A stretch of DNA of 64,000 nucleotides from Phycisphaeraceae bacterium. GTDB lineage: Bacteria > Planctomycetota > Phycisphaerae > Phycisphaerales > Zrk34. How positions within the stretch are numbered: position 1 is the first letter of the stretch; each line of letters begins with the position of its first letter. The notes below the pieces were generated by a model that was not told the DNA's origin, searched no databases, and worked only from the letters and a program-made list of their open reading frames with translations. Positions 43,973 to 53,783 of the stretch are shown here, one piece after another. The translations under genes were made by a program, and so were the position numbers. The DNA lies in contig JBBDRF010000005.1 of NCBI GenBank assembly GCA_040905565.1, positions 1 through 64,000 of the forward strand, read 5' to 3'.

Positions 43973-45874
43973 ATGTCGTCACAGCAGTTGATCGAGCAGT
44001 TTCGCGATTCTGCCGGTGTGCTCCTTGCGAGCATCCCGCACGTATGCGAAGCAATGAACGAACCGCCAGCCGTGCTTGAAGATCGGCCGGGCTGGCGCGC
44101 GCTCCGCGAGCGATACACGGTATGGGCGGGGCGCAAGGGTGAGCCGGTGCTGGTGTGCGTGATCTATGGTCCGACCGGCGCGGGCAAGAGCACGTTTTTC
44201 CGGATGCTGACCGGTTGCGATGTCCCGGCAGGCGGCACACTTCGGCCGATGTCGTACGTCGGTTGCGTCGCAATTCCCGGTGCGTTCATCGATCGCAATG
44301 AGGATCTCGCGTCGCTGTTTCCAGAGAACCAGTTGCGTCGTTTGGAGGAGCCGGATCAGCTGCGTGATCGCCACTGTCCGCCGGACGTGCTGTACTGGAT
44401 GCCTTACCTCCGACCTTCGCCGGATGCGCCGGGTTTGCCGCCGGTGATCGCGGACGTGCCGGACTTCAACAGCGTGGAGCATGCGAACTGGGAGAAGGCT
44501 GCCCGCATGCTCGACCGGGCCGAGGCGGTGCTGTTTCTGACTTACGATGAGTCGTACAAGAACCGCGACACGGTGCAGCATCTTGAACAGTGCTGTCGGC
44601 GGGCGGGATATTTGGCGTTCGTGATGACCAAGTCTGACCCGGCTGTGGCGACGGAGAAGTGGGCGGATTTGCTGGATCATGTTTCCACGAGCGACGCCTT
44701 CGCGGCAAGGCGGCACGACGGCAAGACATTGCACGAGTTTCTCGCCAACTGCCCGGTCTACGCCAGCCCGCGTGCCCACCCGGATGAGCAGCCGTCGCTT
44801 GATGAGGTGGTGCCTTTACGTGAAGGCGATCCGCCGTTGCGTTCGCTTCTGCATGGGCTCGATCAACAGCGCATCGTGCGGGCGGGGCTAATTCAACCTG
44901 CAATGGAGGCGATCACGCTGGCACGGCAGCAGATCGATCGGGCGGCCCAGCAGCGTGACATGCTTCAGCGGCGGCTGGATGCGATCAGCCATCGCACCTA
45001 CGAAGAGGCGGAGCGGCTGGCGACGAACATCTTCCCGGTCGGGCAGTTTCTCAAGGTGTTCATGCAGACGGTGCGTGCTAGGCAGGGCCGGGTGCAGCGG
45101 ACGATCACGTGGACGGTCGGCTGGCTTTATGCAATGGGACGCGAGTGGGCGAAGCTGTTGCGTCGGCTGTTCACGGATCACGAAGAGGTCCGCCCGCATG
45201 AGCAGGTCGAAGCGACGCGATTGCGTGAAGCGGTCGATCATCTCTTCGAGCTGCTGCGGTCGGCGGTGCCTGAAGAGGCGCGGAACGATGGCATGCTCAG
45301 TGCCAAGCGCTTCGAGCCGATCCGTGATCGCTTCGTGCAGCAACCGCCTCCGCAGACGGGTGAGCAGTGGCAGGTGACCGTGCGTGACGAGGCCGAACGC
45401 TGGTTCCGGGAGAACCGCGTGAAGGCGCGCGTCCTGCCGGTGCTGCTGGATACGATCATCGGTTTAGGGGCCGCGGGGCTGGCGATCGACTTCTTCGTGG
45501 CGGGTGGGCTGGGCACGCTCACCACCGAAGCGCTGCTCGCCGCGGGCGGGTCGGCCTCGGCAGCTGGGCTGCTCGGGCGATTCCTTCATCATTGGGGCCT
45601 GGAGCAGGCGTTCAATCGCACCGCGGAGCGATGGCGTCGCCAGCGTGCGGAGGAACTCGAGGTTCACATGATGACGCATCTGGTCGGGCCCCTTTGCGCG
45701 ACGGCCTGGCAGGAGCAGCTCGCGAAACTTGCCGAGGCCCCCATCGATGCCTGCCGCAACGCCTGCGACGATCTGGCAAGGCTGGCCGTTGAGGACGAAC
45801 GTGATGATCGGATGCAGCAGCGGCAGGCGGACGCGGAGGCCGGTGAGAACGGCGTGGAAGGCGGGCGTGCATGA
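43973..45874 (+). CDS. Membrane-anchored dynamin/Era-like GTPase, A
   Basis: G1 GPTGAGKS, G3 DVPD, G4 TKSD, helical stalk, hydrophobic Gly-rich hairpin near the C-terminus. Confidence 0.75.
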   Translation: MSSQQLIEQFRDSAGVLLASIPHVCEAMNEPPAVLEDRPGWRALRERYTVWAGRKGEPVLVCVIYGPTGAGKSTFFRMLTGCDVPAGGTLRPMSYVGCVAIPGAFIDRNEDLASLFPENQLRRLEEPDQLRDRHCPPDVLYWMPYLRPSPDAPGLPPVIADVPDFNSVEHANWEKAARMLDRAEAVLFLTYDESYKNRDTVQHLEQCCRRAGYLAFVMTKSDPAVATEKWADLLDHVSTSDAFAARRHDGKTLHEFLANCPVYASPRAHPDEQPSLDEVVPLREGDPPLRSLLHGLDQQRIVRAGLIQPAMEAITLARQQIDRAAQQRDMLQRRLDAISHRTYEEAERLATNIFPVGQFLKVFMQTVRARQGRVQRTITWTVGWLYAMGREWAKLLRRLFTDHEEVRPHEQVEATRLREAVDHLFELLRSAVPEEARNDGMLSAKRFEPIRDRFVQQPPPQTGEQWQVTVRDEAERWFRENRVKARVLPVLLDTIIGLGAAGLAIDFFVAGGLGTLTTEALLAAGGSASAAGLLGRFLHHWGLEQAFNRTAERWRRQRAEELEVHMMTHLVGPLCATAWQEQLAKLAEAPIDACRNACDDLARLAVEDERDDRMQQRQADAEAGENGVEGGRA

Positions 45875-47796
45875 CACCTGCTCAGCACACACTGTGCCGG
45901 CCGATCGTGCGGAAGCTTGAGGAGCTGACGGCATCGCTTGAGCCGTTAAGCGAACTGCCCGCTGCGACGCACGTGGTGCGGCTTTGCCAGGGGGCGCTGG
46001 AGCATTTTCGTGACGAAAACGTGGCGGTGGATCGCCCGGTCCATGTCGCTATCGTCGGCGGCAGTGGTGCGGGCAAATCCGAACTCTTCAATGCCATCAT
46101 CAATCAGCCGGGAGCCAGCCCTGTCTCGGCGACGCGGCGGTGCTACACCGAAAGCCCGGTCGTGGCGGTCGCACCGGCGAGCCGACCCAAAGTGAATCGG
46201 CTCGATGAGCTGAATGCGAAGTATGTCGATGCGCCGCGCCTCGGCCGTATGGTGCTCATCGACACGCCCGACCTCAACGGCGACCTGCCACGCCATCACG
46301 AGATCGCAAGGCAGGTCATCGAACGCAGCGACCTGGTCCTCTTCGTCAGCATTCCCGATCAGCGTGCCGATTTCGATGTACTCGAACAGCTCCGCGCCTT
46401 CCGCAGTCGTCAGCACTGGCTTTTCGTGCTTAACAAGCTCGACCGGGAAGCGGCGGATGTCGATGCGATCCGCGATGACTTCGACCGCCGGCTGCAGCAG
46501 ATCGGATTCGAGCCCGACGACCAGTGCCGCTTCATGGTCAGTGCCGTTGAGCCCCAACGGTATGATCTGCCTCGCCTGCGGCAGATGCTTCTGTCACCGC
46601 AACCGATCGAAACGGTCCGCCTTTCTCGGCTCGACGTGGCCCTCGGCTACGCGCAGGAAGCGCTCAGCGATCGGTCGCTCGCCCCTCTGCTTGAGAAGGC
46701 GGCGACGCTTTGCGATGAGCTGAAACAGCTACAGAATCGGGTGCAGCAGATTTATCGGGACGCCTTGGCGCAGCCGGAGATTCAGGAGCAGCTGCGGCGG
46801 CTGGTGCGCGATCGCGCGTGGACGGAAGCGGGGGCGCGCGTCGGCTGGCCGATGTCGATGGCGCTGCACCTGCGCAACCGCTTCGCGCTGTTCGCCACGG
46901 GCTATCATTTGACGCGGGTGGCGACGGGGAGCGTGACGCCGTTTCGGCTGGTGCAGTTGGCGCTGTCATCGCTTGCCTCGGCAGCACGTGGGCTGCTGCC
47001 GGTGATGCACATCACGGAACTGCTCGAACGCAACGCACGCGCGGATCTCGAACACGTGCATCACGCCACGCGTCGCATCCTTGAGGACCACGGCCTTCCC
47101 ACCTTCAGCCCCCCACCGTCGGCCCCCGCGACTCCCTCACAATCTCCCGTTCCCGTCGGCGATAGGTCGGAGGATGAGGATGAGCCGTCGCCGTCGATGC
47201 GAACCTCGCTGGATGTGCGTCAGTTGCCGAACCGCATCGCCGCTGCGACTCTTGACGAGACGGGAAGGCGTATGCGATCGGCTGCCCAGCAGTTCGTCGG
47301 CGAGCTTCGCACGAACAGTCCGCTGATCGCGCCCCTCCAGCGTGCGCTGGATCGCGCGGGGCGGGCCGCTGCGGGCCGTGCGATCGGTTGGGTGACCTGG
47401 GTGCTGGTGAACATTCTGCCGCTGGCGGCGATCGCGCACGTTGGTTATCGGCTGACCGACGCGTGGATTCGAGCCGATTACCTGCCCGGCGTGTTTTATC
47501 CAATGGCCCTGGCGGTGCTGATCGCCAGCTTTGTGCCGGGCGTGCTGTGGGTTGGATTTCGGCTGCGGTTTTCCGGCGGCATTCCCGACACGGCTGAGCT
47601 ACTACAGGATATTCGCGACCATCCCGCCACCGAACCGCTCGCCGAGGTGTGCACGCATCTGGAGAGCTGGTCCCGGAATGCGCCGGCCGTCCGCAACCGC
47701 GTGATCAGCCTGAGAAACGAACTGACAGACGAGCTGGCCGGCAGTTTCGGGCAGTCGGTTATCCGGTCGGATGCAAGCGATGCCAGTCAAATTTAA
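45871..47796 (+). CDS. Membrane-anchored dynamin/Era-like GTPase, B
   Basis: G1 GGSGAGKS, G3 DTPD, G4 NKLD, helical stalk, two C-terminal TM segments; ATGA overlap with gene A. Confidence 0.78.
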   Translation: MTPAQHTLCRPIVRKLEELTASLEPLSELPAATHVVRLCQGALEHFRDENVAVDRPVHVAIVGGSGAGKSELFNAIINQPGASPVSATRRCYTESPVVAVAPASRPKVNRLDELNAKYVDAPRLGRMVLIDTPDLNGDLPRHHEIARQVIERSDLVLFVSIPDQRADFDVLEQLRAFRSRQHWLFVLNKLDREAADVDAIRDDFDRRLQQIGFEPDDQCRFMVSAVEPQRYDLPRLRQMLLSPQPIETVRLSRLDVALGYAQEALSDRSLAPLLEKAATLCDELKQLQNRVQQIYRDALAQPEIQEQLRRLVRDRAWTEAGARVGWPMSMALHLRNRFALFATGYHLTRVATGSVTPFRLVQLALSSLASAARGLLPVMHITELLERNARADLEHVHHATRRILEDHGLPTFSPPPSAPATPSQSPVPVGDRSEDEDEPSPSMRTSLDVRQLPNRIAAATLDETGRRMRSAAQQFVGELRTNSPLIAPLQRALDRAGRAAAGRAIGWVTWVLVNILPLAAIAHVGYRLTDAWIRADYLPGVFYPMALAVLIASFVPGVLWVGFRLRFSGGIPDTAELLQDIRDHPATEPLAEVCTHLESWSRNAPAVRNRVISLRNELTDELAGSFGQSVIRSDASDASQI

Positions 47797-47854
47797 ATCG
47801 TCGGCAAAGTATGCGCATTAAGTAAGTTCCGCGCCAAAAAAAGTCCGCACCCGC

Positions 47855-47882
47855 TCAAGTGTTTTGCTTTCTCCGACGATAA
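47855..47882 (+). promoter_or_regulatory. Candidate sigma28 (FliA/SigD-type) promoter
   Basis: TCAAG-N15-GACGATAA, compared with consensus TAAAG-N~15-GCCGATAA, about 110 nt upstream of the HDOD-GGDEF gene. Confidence 0.5.
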
Positions 47883-47991
47883 GCATAGAACCTGCACGAA
47901 CGATTCCCACCGCGCCAGCCGCGGTTGGTCTCGTCGTTCGCGTTGTGGTTGAGTGGCGAGAAAAGATGCTTCAGAACGGCAAGTTCATCCT

Positions 47992-49509
47992 ATGAACCAG
48001 GACCTGATTGAGAAGGTGCTCACCTGTCCGAGGCTCCCAAGCCTTCCGGCGATTGCGTTGGAAGTCATCGAACTTTGCCGCCGCGACGACGTCGCCATCA
48101 AGCACATCGCCGCCACCATCAGTAACGACCCGGCCCTCAGCAGCAAAATCCTGCGAACGGTGAACTCGTCGTTCTACGGCCTCAGCAAGCCGATCTCGAC
48201 GATCAGCCAGGCGTTGGTCATTCTCGGGCTCAACAGCGTCCGGACGCTGGCGCTGGGCTTCACGCTTGTGGGGAATTTCAAGAACACAGGCGGTGAGCAG
48301 TTCGACCCGAACGTCGTCTGGCGACGCAGTCTTTACTCAGCCGTCGGCACCCGCTGCATCGCCAAGGAAGTCGGCATGGCCGGACACGAAGAGGCGTTCC
48401 TGGCCGGTTTGCTTCAGGACCTCGGCGTGCTTGCGATGATTCAGACCATCGGGCCGGACTACGTTCAATTGCTTTGCGAGATGGGCGACGACCACCGCGA
48501 ACTCTGGCGTGCCGAGGGCAAACGGTTTGACGTGAATCATGCACAGATCGGCGAGGCGCTGGCCCTGCGCTGGAAGCTACCGCCGATTCTGAGCACGCCC
48601 ATCTGCCATCACGAACAGCCCGGCAACGCGCCGGCGGATCTGAGGGACATCGTCCGCGCGGTGCATCTGGGGGCTCTGGCTGCGGATGTCTACCTTGGCG
48701 GTGAGTCGCAAGAGGCGCTCAATAAGTTCCTCAGCACGGGTAAGCGATGGTTCGACATCGGCATCGAACCCGGCCGCGACCTTCTTAAGACCATCGGCGG
48801 CGGCACGCGGGAGCTTGCGAAACTGTTCGATATTCCCACGGAAAAAGCCAACAACGTTAATGAGATCCTCGCTGACGCGAACGACCTGCTGCTCGATCTT
48901 TCGCTTCAGACAGCACAAAACGCGACGGCACTCGAAGCGGAGAATCGGCATCTTCAGCGCAAAATCACCCGCGACCCGCTCACCGGCATCGGCAACCGGG
49001 GACACTTCAATACCTGCCTGCGTCGCTTTTTTGATCACGCTCAGAAACAGAGCAGCCCCGTCAGTCTCGTGCTCATCGACGCGGATAAATTCAAACCGCT
49101 CAATGACACCCACGGTCATCTCGCCGGCGACCGCGCGCTGGTCACCCTCGCCCGGCTCCTTCGCGATCACTCACCGGAGAACGCGGCAGTCTGTCGGTAC
49201 GGCGGCGAGGAGTTCGGCATCCTCCTTCCTGGCGCAGCACGCAGCGATGCGGCACGGATCGCGGAGCACATCCGAAGACAGATCGAGGGCACCGATATCG
49301 CCATTGACGACACGCAGACGCTGCGTATCACGGCGAGTCTGGGCGTGGCGACCTACGACGGCGTGCGTTTCTTCCGCCGTCCCGAGCAGCTGATCAAAGC
49401 TGCCGATCAGGCCGTTTACGCAGCGAAGGATGCCGGCCGCAACTGTGTCCGCATTTTCGCACCGCGTGCCAAGGCCCCCGATCCCGCCGAGGCTCCCGCA
49501 CCAGTTTGA
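47992..49509 (+). CDS. HDOD-domain diguanylate cyclase (GGEEF)
   Basis: LPSLP..A, DPALSSKIL..VNS, AGLLQDLG (HDOD); DPLTG..NR, DADKFK.LND.HGH..GD, RYGGEEF. Confidence 0.93.
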   Translation: MNQDLIEKVLTCPRLPSLPAIALEVIELCRRDDVAIKHIAATISNDPALSSKILRTVNSSFYGLSKPISTISQALVILGLNSVRTLALGFTLVGNFKNTGGEQFDPNVVWRRSLYSAVGTRCIAKEVGMAGHEEAFLAGLLQDLGVLAMIQTIGPDYVQLLCEMGDDHRELWRAEGKRFDVNHAQIGEALALRWKLPPILSTPICHHEQPGNAPADLRDIVRAVHLGALAADVYLGGESQEALNKFLSTGKRWFDIGIEPGRDLLKTIGGGTRELAKLFDIPTEKANNVNEILADANDLLLDLSLQTAQNATALEAENRHLQRKITRDPLTGIGNRGHFNTCLRRFFDHAQKQSSPVSLVLIDADKFKPLNDTHGHLAGDRALVTLARLLRDHSPENAAVCRYGGEEFGILLPGAARSDAARIAEHIRRQIEGTDIAIDDTQTLRITASLGVATYDGVRFFRRPEQLIKAADQAVYAAKDAGRNCVRIFAPRAKAPDPAEAPAPV

Positions 49510-49526
49510 CCGACTGTTCGATCACG

Positions 49527-49568
49527 AAAAACAAGAGGCCCACGTTCCTAAGAACGCGAGCCTCTGTT
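49527..49568. terminator. Hairpin between convergent genes, probably a bidirectional terminator
   Basis: AGAGGC-CCACGTTC-ctaa-GAACGCGA-GCCTCT imperfect stem with an A-run on the left. Confidence 0.55.
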
Positions 49569-49593
49569 GATGTACATTCAGATCGTTTCTGGA

Positions 49594-50604
49594 TCAAACG
49601 TCGCAGAGCGTCACAGCTTGATGCAGGCCCTGTTGCGGATCGCGGGTGGGGATGAATTCCTGCCCGACGTAACCTTCGTACTCCAGTTCCAGCAGCGTGC
49701 GCATGATGGGCGGGTAGTTAATTTCCTGCGCGTCATCGAGCTCGTGCCGACCGGGGTTGCCGGCGGTGTGGATGTGGCCGAGGTAGTCGCGGCATTCGTG
49801 AAGCCGACGGATCACGTCGCCGTGCATGATCTGCACGTGATAAATGTCGAAAAGCAGCTTTAGCCGAGGCGAGCCGACCTTCTCGCAGATTTCAAGGCAC
49901 ATATCCAGATCGTCGCCCTGATAGCCGGGGTGGCCCTTCATCGGGTGCGAATCGTCACGCGTGTTCAGGTGTTCCATGCAGATGGTCACGCCCTTTTCCT
50001 CAGCGTAACCGACCACCTGCTTGAACCCCGCGACGCAATTGGCGACGCACTCTTCACGCGTCCAGTGCTCGCTGTCGGGGCCCATGTTGTCAACATCCTT
50101 ATGGCTGAACCCGGTGAACGCGATCACGTTCGGGGAACCGTATTCAGCACAGGCGTCGATCACGCGTTTGGTCTCCGCGACCAGCATTTCGTGGTAGGCG
50201 GGGTTGTTGAAACCGCGGATGAAGGGGAAATCGTCGGGCATATCGATGGAGGTAATGGCGCAGGTGATGCCGTGCTTTTTGAGCGTGGGCAGATCGCCGG
50301 TGCCGACGAGTTCAATTGAGGAAACGCCAAGTTGTTTGGCCACTTCGCAGGTTTCTTCGAGCTCCCAATGTTCGCTGAAGCACCACTGCACGATCGACTG
50401 CTGGATGCGGCCGTGGCGCACGGCTTTACCGCTGCTGGTCTTTGATGCCTGGGCGGGGCTGGCGTTGGCCAGGGTCTGACGGGTGGTGCAGCCTGTCGCG
50501 GTGACGCCGACGGCTCCCGCAGCGGCAAGGCCGGCCGCGTGGCTGAGGAGGTTACGACGGCTCAATCGCGACGATGCCGCATCCGCAGGACGGTTCTCAT
50601 TCAT
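49594..50604 (-). CDS. Tat-exported hydroxypyruvate isomerase-family TIM-barrel protein
   Basis: SRRNLL twin-arginine signal; EHLN, KLLFDIYHVQIM.GD, HIHTAGNPGRHE, GQEF motifs. Confidence 0.88.
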   Translation of the reverse strand: MNENRPADAASSRLSRRNLLSHAAGLAAAGAVGVTATGCTTRQTLANASPAQASKTSSGKAVRHGRIQQSIVQWCFSEHWELEETCEVAKQLGVSSIELVGTGDLPTLKKHGITCAITSIDMPDDFPFIRGFNNPAYHEMLVAETKRVIDACAEYGSPNVIAFTGFSHKDVDNMGPDSEHWTREECVANCVAGFKQVVGYAEEKGVTICMEHLNTRDDSHPMKGHPGYQGDDLDMCLEICEKVGSPRLKLLFDIYHVQIMHGDVIRRLHECRDYLGHIHTAGNPGRHELDDAQEINYPPIMRTLLELEYEGYVGQEFIPTRDPQQGLHQAVTLCDV

Positions 50605-50770
50605 ATGCTCGGCCTTTCTTCGAAGAGTTCTCGACGCTCGACGCGATCGATGCCACGGCTGATCATTTCAACCTGAACTTGGAGGATATCCAACGCCGCG
50701 GACGCACACAACCGGCGGAGTTTGAGGCGTGACCGCTTTGGGACCAGCCGACGCTGCCGGACGCAAGGCT

Positions 50771-51733
50771 TCACCTCGTGGCGCGGGCGACGTGGATGAG
50801 TTCGTCGATGATCTGGTCGATCGACTGCGTGGGCGTGAACCCGATCGCTTCGCGGATTCGGCTCAGGTCCGGCACGCGCCTGCGGAGATCGTCGAAAGCA
50901 GCCCCGTAGGCCTCTTCGTAGGGGATGAGGATCTTGCGGCTGGACGAACCGGCCGCGGCGATCACCCGGTCGGCCAGCGCGTTGATGCTGATTTCCTTAT
51001 CCGACCCGAGGTTGAAGACGCGGCCGTGGCACGTAGGATCGGCCAGCAGCTTCGGCAGTGCGTCGACAACATCCGTGACGTGGCAGAAGCAGCGTGTCTG
51101 CTCGCCGTCGCCGTAGATGTGGATGTCGCGGTTCGCCAGCGCCGCCTCAACGAAGCGTGGAAGCACCATGCCGTACCGTCCCAGTTGGCGGGGCCCGACG
51201 GTGTTGAACAGCCGCACGACCACGACGGGCAACTGCTCCTGCCGATGGTGCGCCATGGCCAGGTACTCATCGAGCGCTTTGGTTGCTGCGTAGGACCAGC
51301 GGGAGTAGATGGTCGAGCCGTAGGTCACGTCGTCGTCTTCACGGAACGGCACGCGGTCGCTCTTGCCGTACACCTCGGAGGAGCTGGTGACGAGCACGGG
51401 GATGTTGAACGCAGCGGCGGCCTGGAAAACCTTGGCCGTCTCGAGCACGTTCGTTTCGATCGTGTGGACGGGGTTGTCCACGATCAGTTGCACGCCGACT
51501 GCCGCGGCGAGGTGATAGATGGCGTCAAAATCATGCAGCCAGGCGATATTTGAAAGCGCGGCCCCGACCCGCTGCACCTGCAGGACGCAGTTCGGGCCGA
51601 GGATGTCGGCGACGTTGGCGCGGCTGCCGGTTGAAAGATCATCAAGAAGATGAACGTGATGGCCTGCATGGACCAGCTGCCGGGCGAGGTGTGAGCCGAC
51701 GAAGCCTGCGCCGCCGGTAATAAGAATCTTCAT
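50771..51733 (-). CDS. NAD-dependent nucleotide-sugar epimerase/dehydratase
   Basis: ITGGAGFVGS, SSSEVYG, YAATK (YxxxK), RLFNTVGPRQ, GDGEQTRCF motifs. Confidence 0.92.
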   Translation of the reverse strand: MKILITGGAGFVGSHLARQLVHAGHHVHLLDDLSTGSRANVADILGPNCVLQVQRVGAALSNIAWLHDFDAIYHLAAAVGVQLIVDNPVHTIETNVLETAKVFQAAAAFNIPVLVTSSSEVYGKSDRVPFREDDDVTYGSTIYSRWSYAATKALDEYLAMAHHRQEQLPVVVVRLFNTVGPRQLGRYGMVLPRFVEAALANRDIHIYGDGEQTRCFCHVTDVVDALPKLLADPTCHGRVFNLGSDKEISINALADRVIAAAGSSSRKILIPYEEAYGAAFDDLRRRVPDLSRIREAIGFTPTQSIDQIIDELIHVARATR

Positions 51734-51974
51734 GATCGCAAAGTCTCCACGAATGCCGCCGCTCCTGGCGGGGCTCTATGGTAAGCGTTGCCGCCACGTG
51801 ATGCACAAACTGCAAGGCAGACACGGCGATACAACCGTTAGGGCACCGGTGCCGTTGGCGTCAGCCGCGCGATACCGCCCTGCATGCAGCGTTTTTCAAG
51901 ACATAGCCCTGAGAAGTAGAAGCTGGCATCGGCTTTGTTATGGGTATCGGCGACACCATCAGGGAACACGATTC

Positions 51975-53642
51975 ATGCTCACTACCCTCCGCCTCCTCTC
52001 GCTGTTCATGCTGTTGACGTTCGCCCTGTTCGGATGCCAGCAGCAGCCCACGGAACTGCTCGGCATCGACCGGCCAAGCCAACCGCTGCGCCCGCTAAGC
52101 GACCAAGTCGTCACCGGCCAGTTCGCCTATCCCACAGGTGATGTGGAGACGGGCACGCTGCTCATCAGCAAGCATCTGCCCGGACAGGTGCGTGCCGGCG
52201 CACCGTTCGAGTACGAGATCACGGTGATGAACCTGACCGATGAGCCGATGGAAAACATCCTCATTACCGAGGAACTGCCGCCGTTTCTCACACTGCATGG
52301 CGGTGCGACGCTTAATCGTTTGGACGAACCCGCCATCGCAGGTTTCGAGAACGGCGATCAGCCCGGGCCCTCTGAAGCGGATGATGCGTTCGTCATTTAC
52401 TCGCCGCGTGAGGAGCCGGCTTTGGCCGACGAGATGGTCTTCGGCATCGAACGGTCCGAAAAACAGACCCAGCCGATCAGCGGCGGGGAGTGGCGGATTC
52501 AACGGCTTGAGCCGAACGAGATGCGCACGCTGCGCCTCGTCGGCGTCGCCGATGAGCAGGGCCTGGCGGAGACGCTGACCAGCGTGCAGGATGAACCGGC
52601 GATGACGCTGGCGATCGACGCGGTGGACCCGACCATCCGCATTGAGCGGTGGTCGCCGCCGATGGCCATGGCCTGCGAAACGATTCCCGTCTTCTATCGC
52701 ATCACGAACACCAGTGACGCCACGGTTTCGGAGATTCTGCTTGCCGAGACGCTGCCCGAGGGCCAGTTCTTCGGCGAGCGCGAAGACGAAATCACCATGG
52801 AGATCGGCGATCTGGAGCCGGGCGAGCAAGTCGAGTTTCGCATCGACACCTACGTCACCGAGCCCGGTGTCTATGAGGGCCAGGTCGTCGCCACCGATCG
52901 CTACGGCGTCTCGTTTGAATCATCGACCACCACCACGCAGGCGGTCGCTCCGGAACTGCAGATCGACATCAACATGCCCGACGAGGCCCACACGCAGCAG
53001 AACGTGCCGATCACCGTGGCGATCACCAATACCGGTAACGCAATCGCGGAAGACCTGCGTGTCCGCAGCATGCTGCCCAGCGATGTGACGGTGCGGCAGG
53101 TCAGCGATACGGGGCTGATTCGCAACAACGAAATTGAATGGGTCTTCGCCGCGCTCGAACCAGGGCAGACGGCGGAGTTGAGCCTGCAGCTCGCAGCCGC
53201 TCAACCGGGTGCGGTGCGGATGGTGGTTGTTGCGGACGCCGAGTGTGCCGAGGAGCAGACGGTCGCCGCCGCCACGCAGTTTCAAGGGGTTTCGTCGTTA
53301 AGGCTGGAACTCCGCGACCATGCCGACCCCGTTCCCATCGGCCAGCAGGAGCAGTACAGCATCACGCTGACGAATCAAGGCAACATGGCCGACGAGAACG
53401 TTGAAGTCATCGCCACCGTGCCCGACGAACTGCGACTGATCGAAGCGCTCGGCCCCGGCGAAGCGGAAATCGACGGCCAGCAGGTGCGGTTCACCATCAA
53501 CCGTCTGCGGCCGCGCCAGACGATCAGCCTCCAAATAATCACCGAAGCATTGCGGCCTGCGGACGTGCGCTTCGAGGTTCGCGTTGATAGCGACAATCTG
53601 ACCAGGCCTGTGATCACGAACGAAGCGACGAGGCTGTTCTAG
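51975..53642 (+). CDS. DUF11-repeat lipoprotein, OmcB-like
   Basis: Lipobox LFG-C; four Ig-like units (YEITVMN, YRITNT, ITNTGNA.A, DPVPIG..YSITLTNQG). Confidence 0.75.
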   Translation: MLTTLRLLSLFMLLTFALFGCQQQPTELLGIDRPSQPLRPLSDQVVTGQFAYPTGDVETGTLLISKHLPGQVRAGAPFEYEITVMNLTDEPMENILITEELPPFLTLHGGATLNRLDEPAIAGFENGDQPGPSEADDAFVIYSPREEPALADEMVFGIERSEKQTQPISGGEWRIQRLEPNEMRTLRLVGVADEQGLAETLTSVQDEPAMTLAIDAVDPTIRIERWSPPMAMACETIPVFYRITNTSDATVSEILLAETLPEGQFFGEREDEITMEIGDLEPGEQVEFRIDTYVTEPGVYEGQVVATDRYGVSFESSTTTTQAVAPELQIDINMPDEAHTQQNVPITVAITNTGNAIAEDLRVRSMLPSDVTVRQVSDTGLIRNNEIEWVFAALEPGQTAELSLQLAAAQPGAVRMVVVADAECAEEQTVAAATQFQGVSSLRLELRDHADPVPIGQQEQYSITLTNQGNMADENVEVIATVPDELRLIEALGPGEAEIDGQQVRFTINRLRPRQTISLQIITEALRPADVRFEVRVDSDNLTRPVITNEATRLF

Positions 53643-53710
53643 GACAGCTTCTGAGCGTCCATCAGCGGGGGGGCCGATGGACGCTCCGCACGTTCGCAAT
53701 CACACGGCAC

Positions 53711-53755
53711 AAGCAGCACTCACGACCGGGGGGAACGTGGGTGCTGCTTTTTTTT
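53711..53755 (+). terminator. Rho-independent terminator
   Basis: AAGCAGCACTCACG...CGTGGGTGCTGCTT stem followed by a T-run; a second perfect 11-bp hairpin lies at 53653-53686. Confidence 0.8.
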
Positions 53756-53783
53756 ATTGAAAACACGCACCAAAATCGCTGAC

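Noticed and set aside
51732..51974. 81-aa extension of the DUF11 ORF
   Set aside because: It spans the divergent promoter region; the lipoprotein signal begins at ATG 51975.
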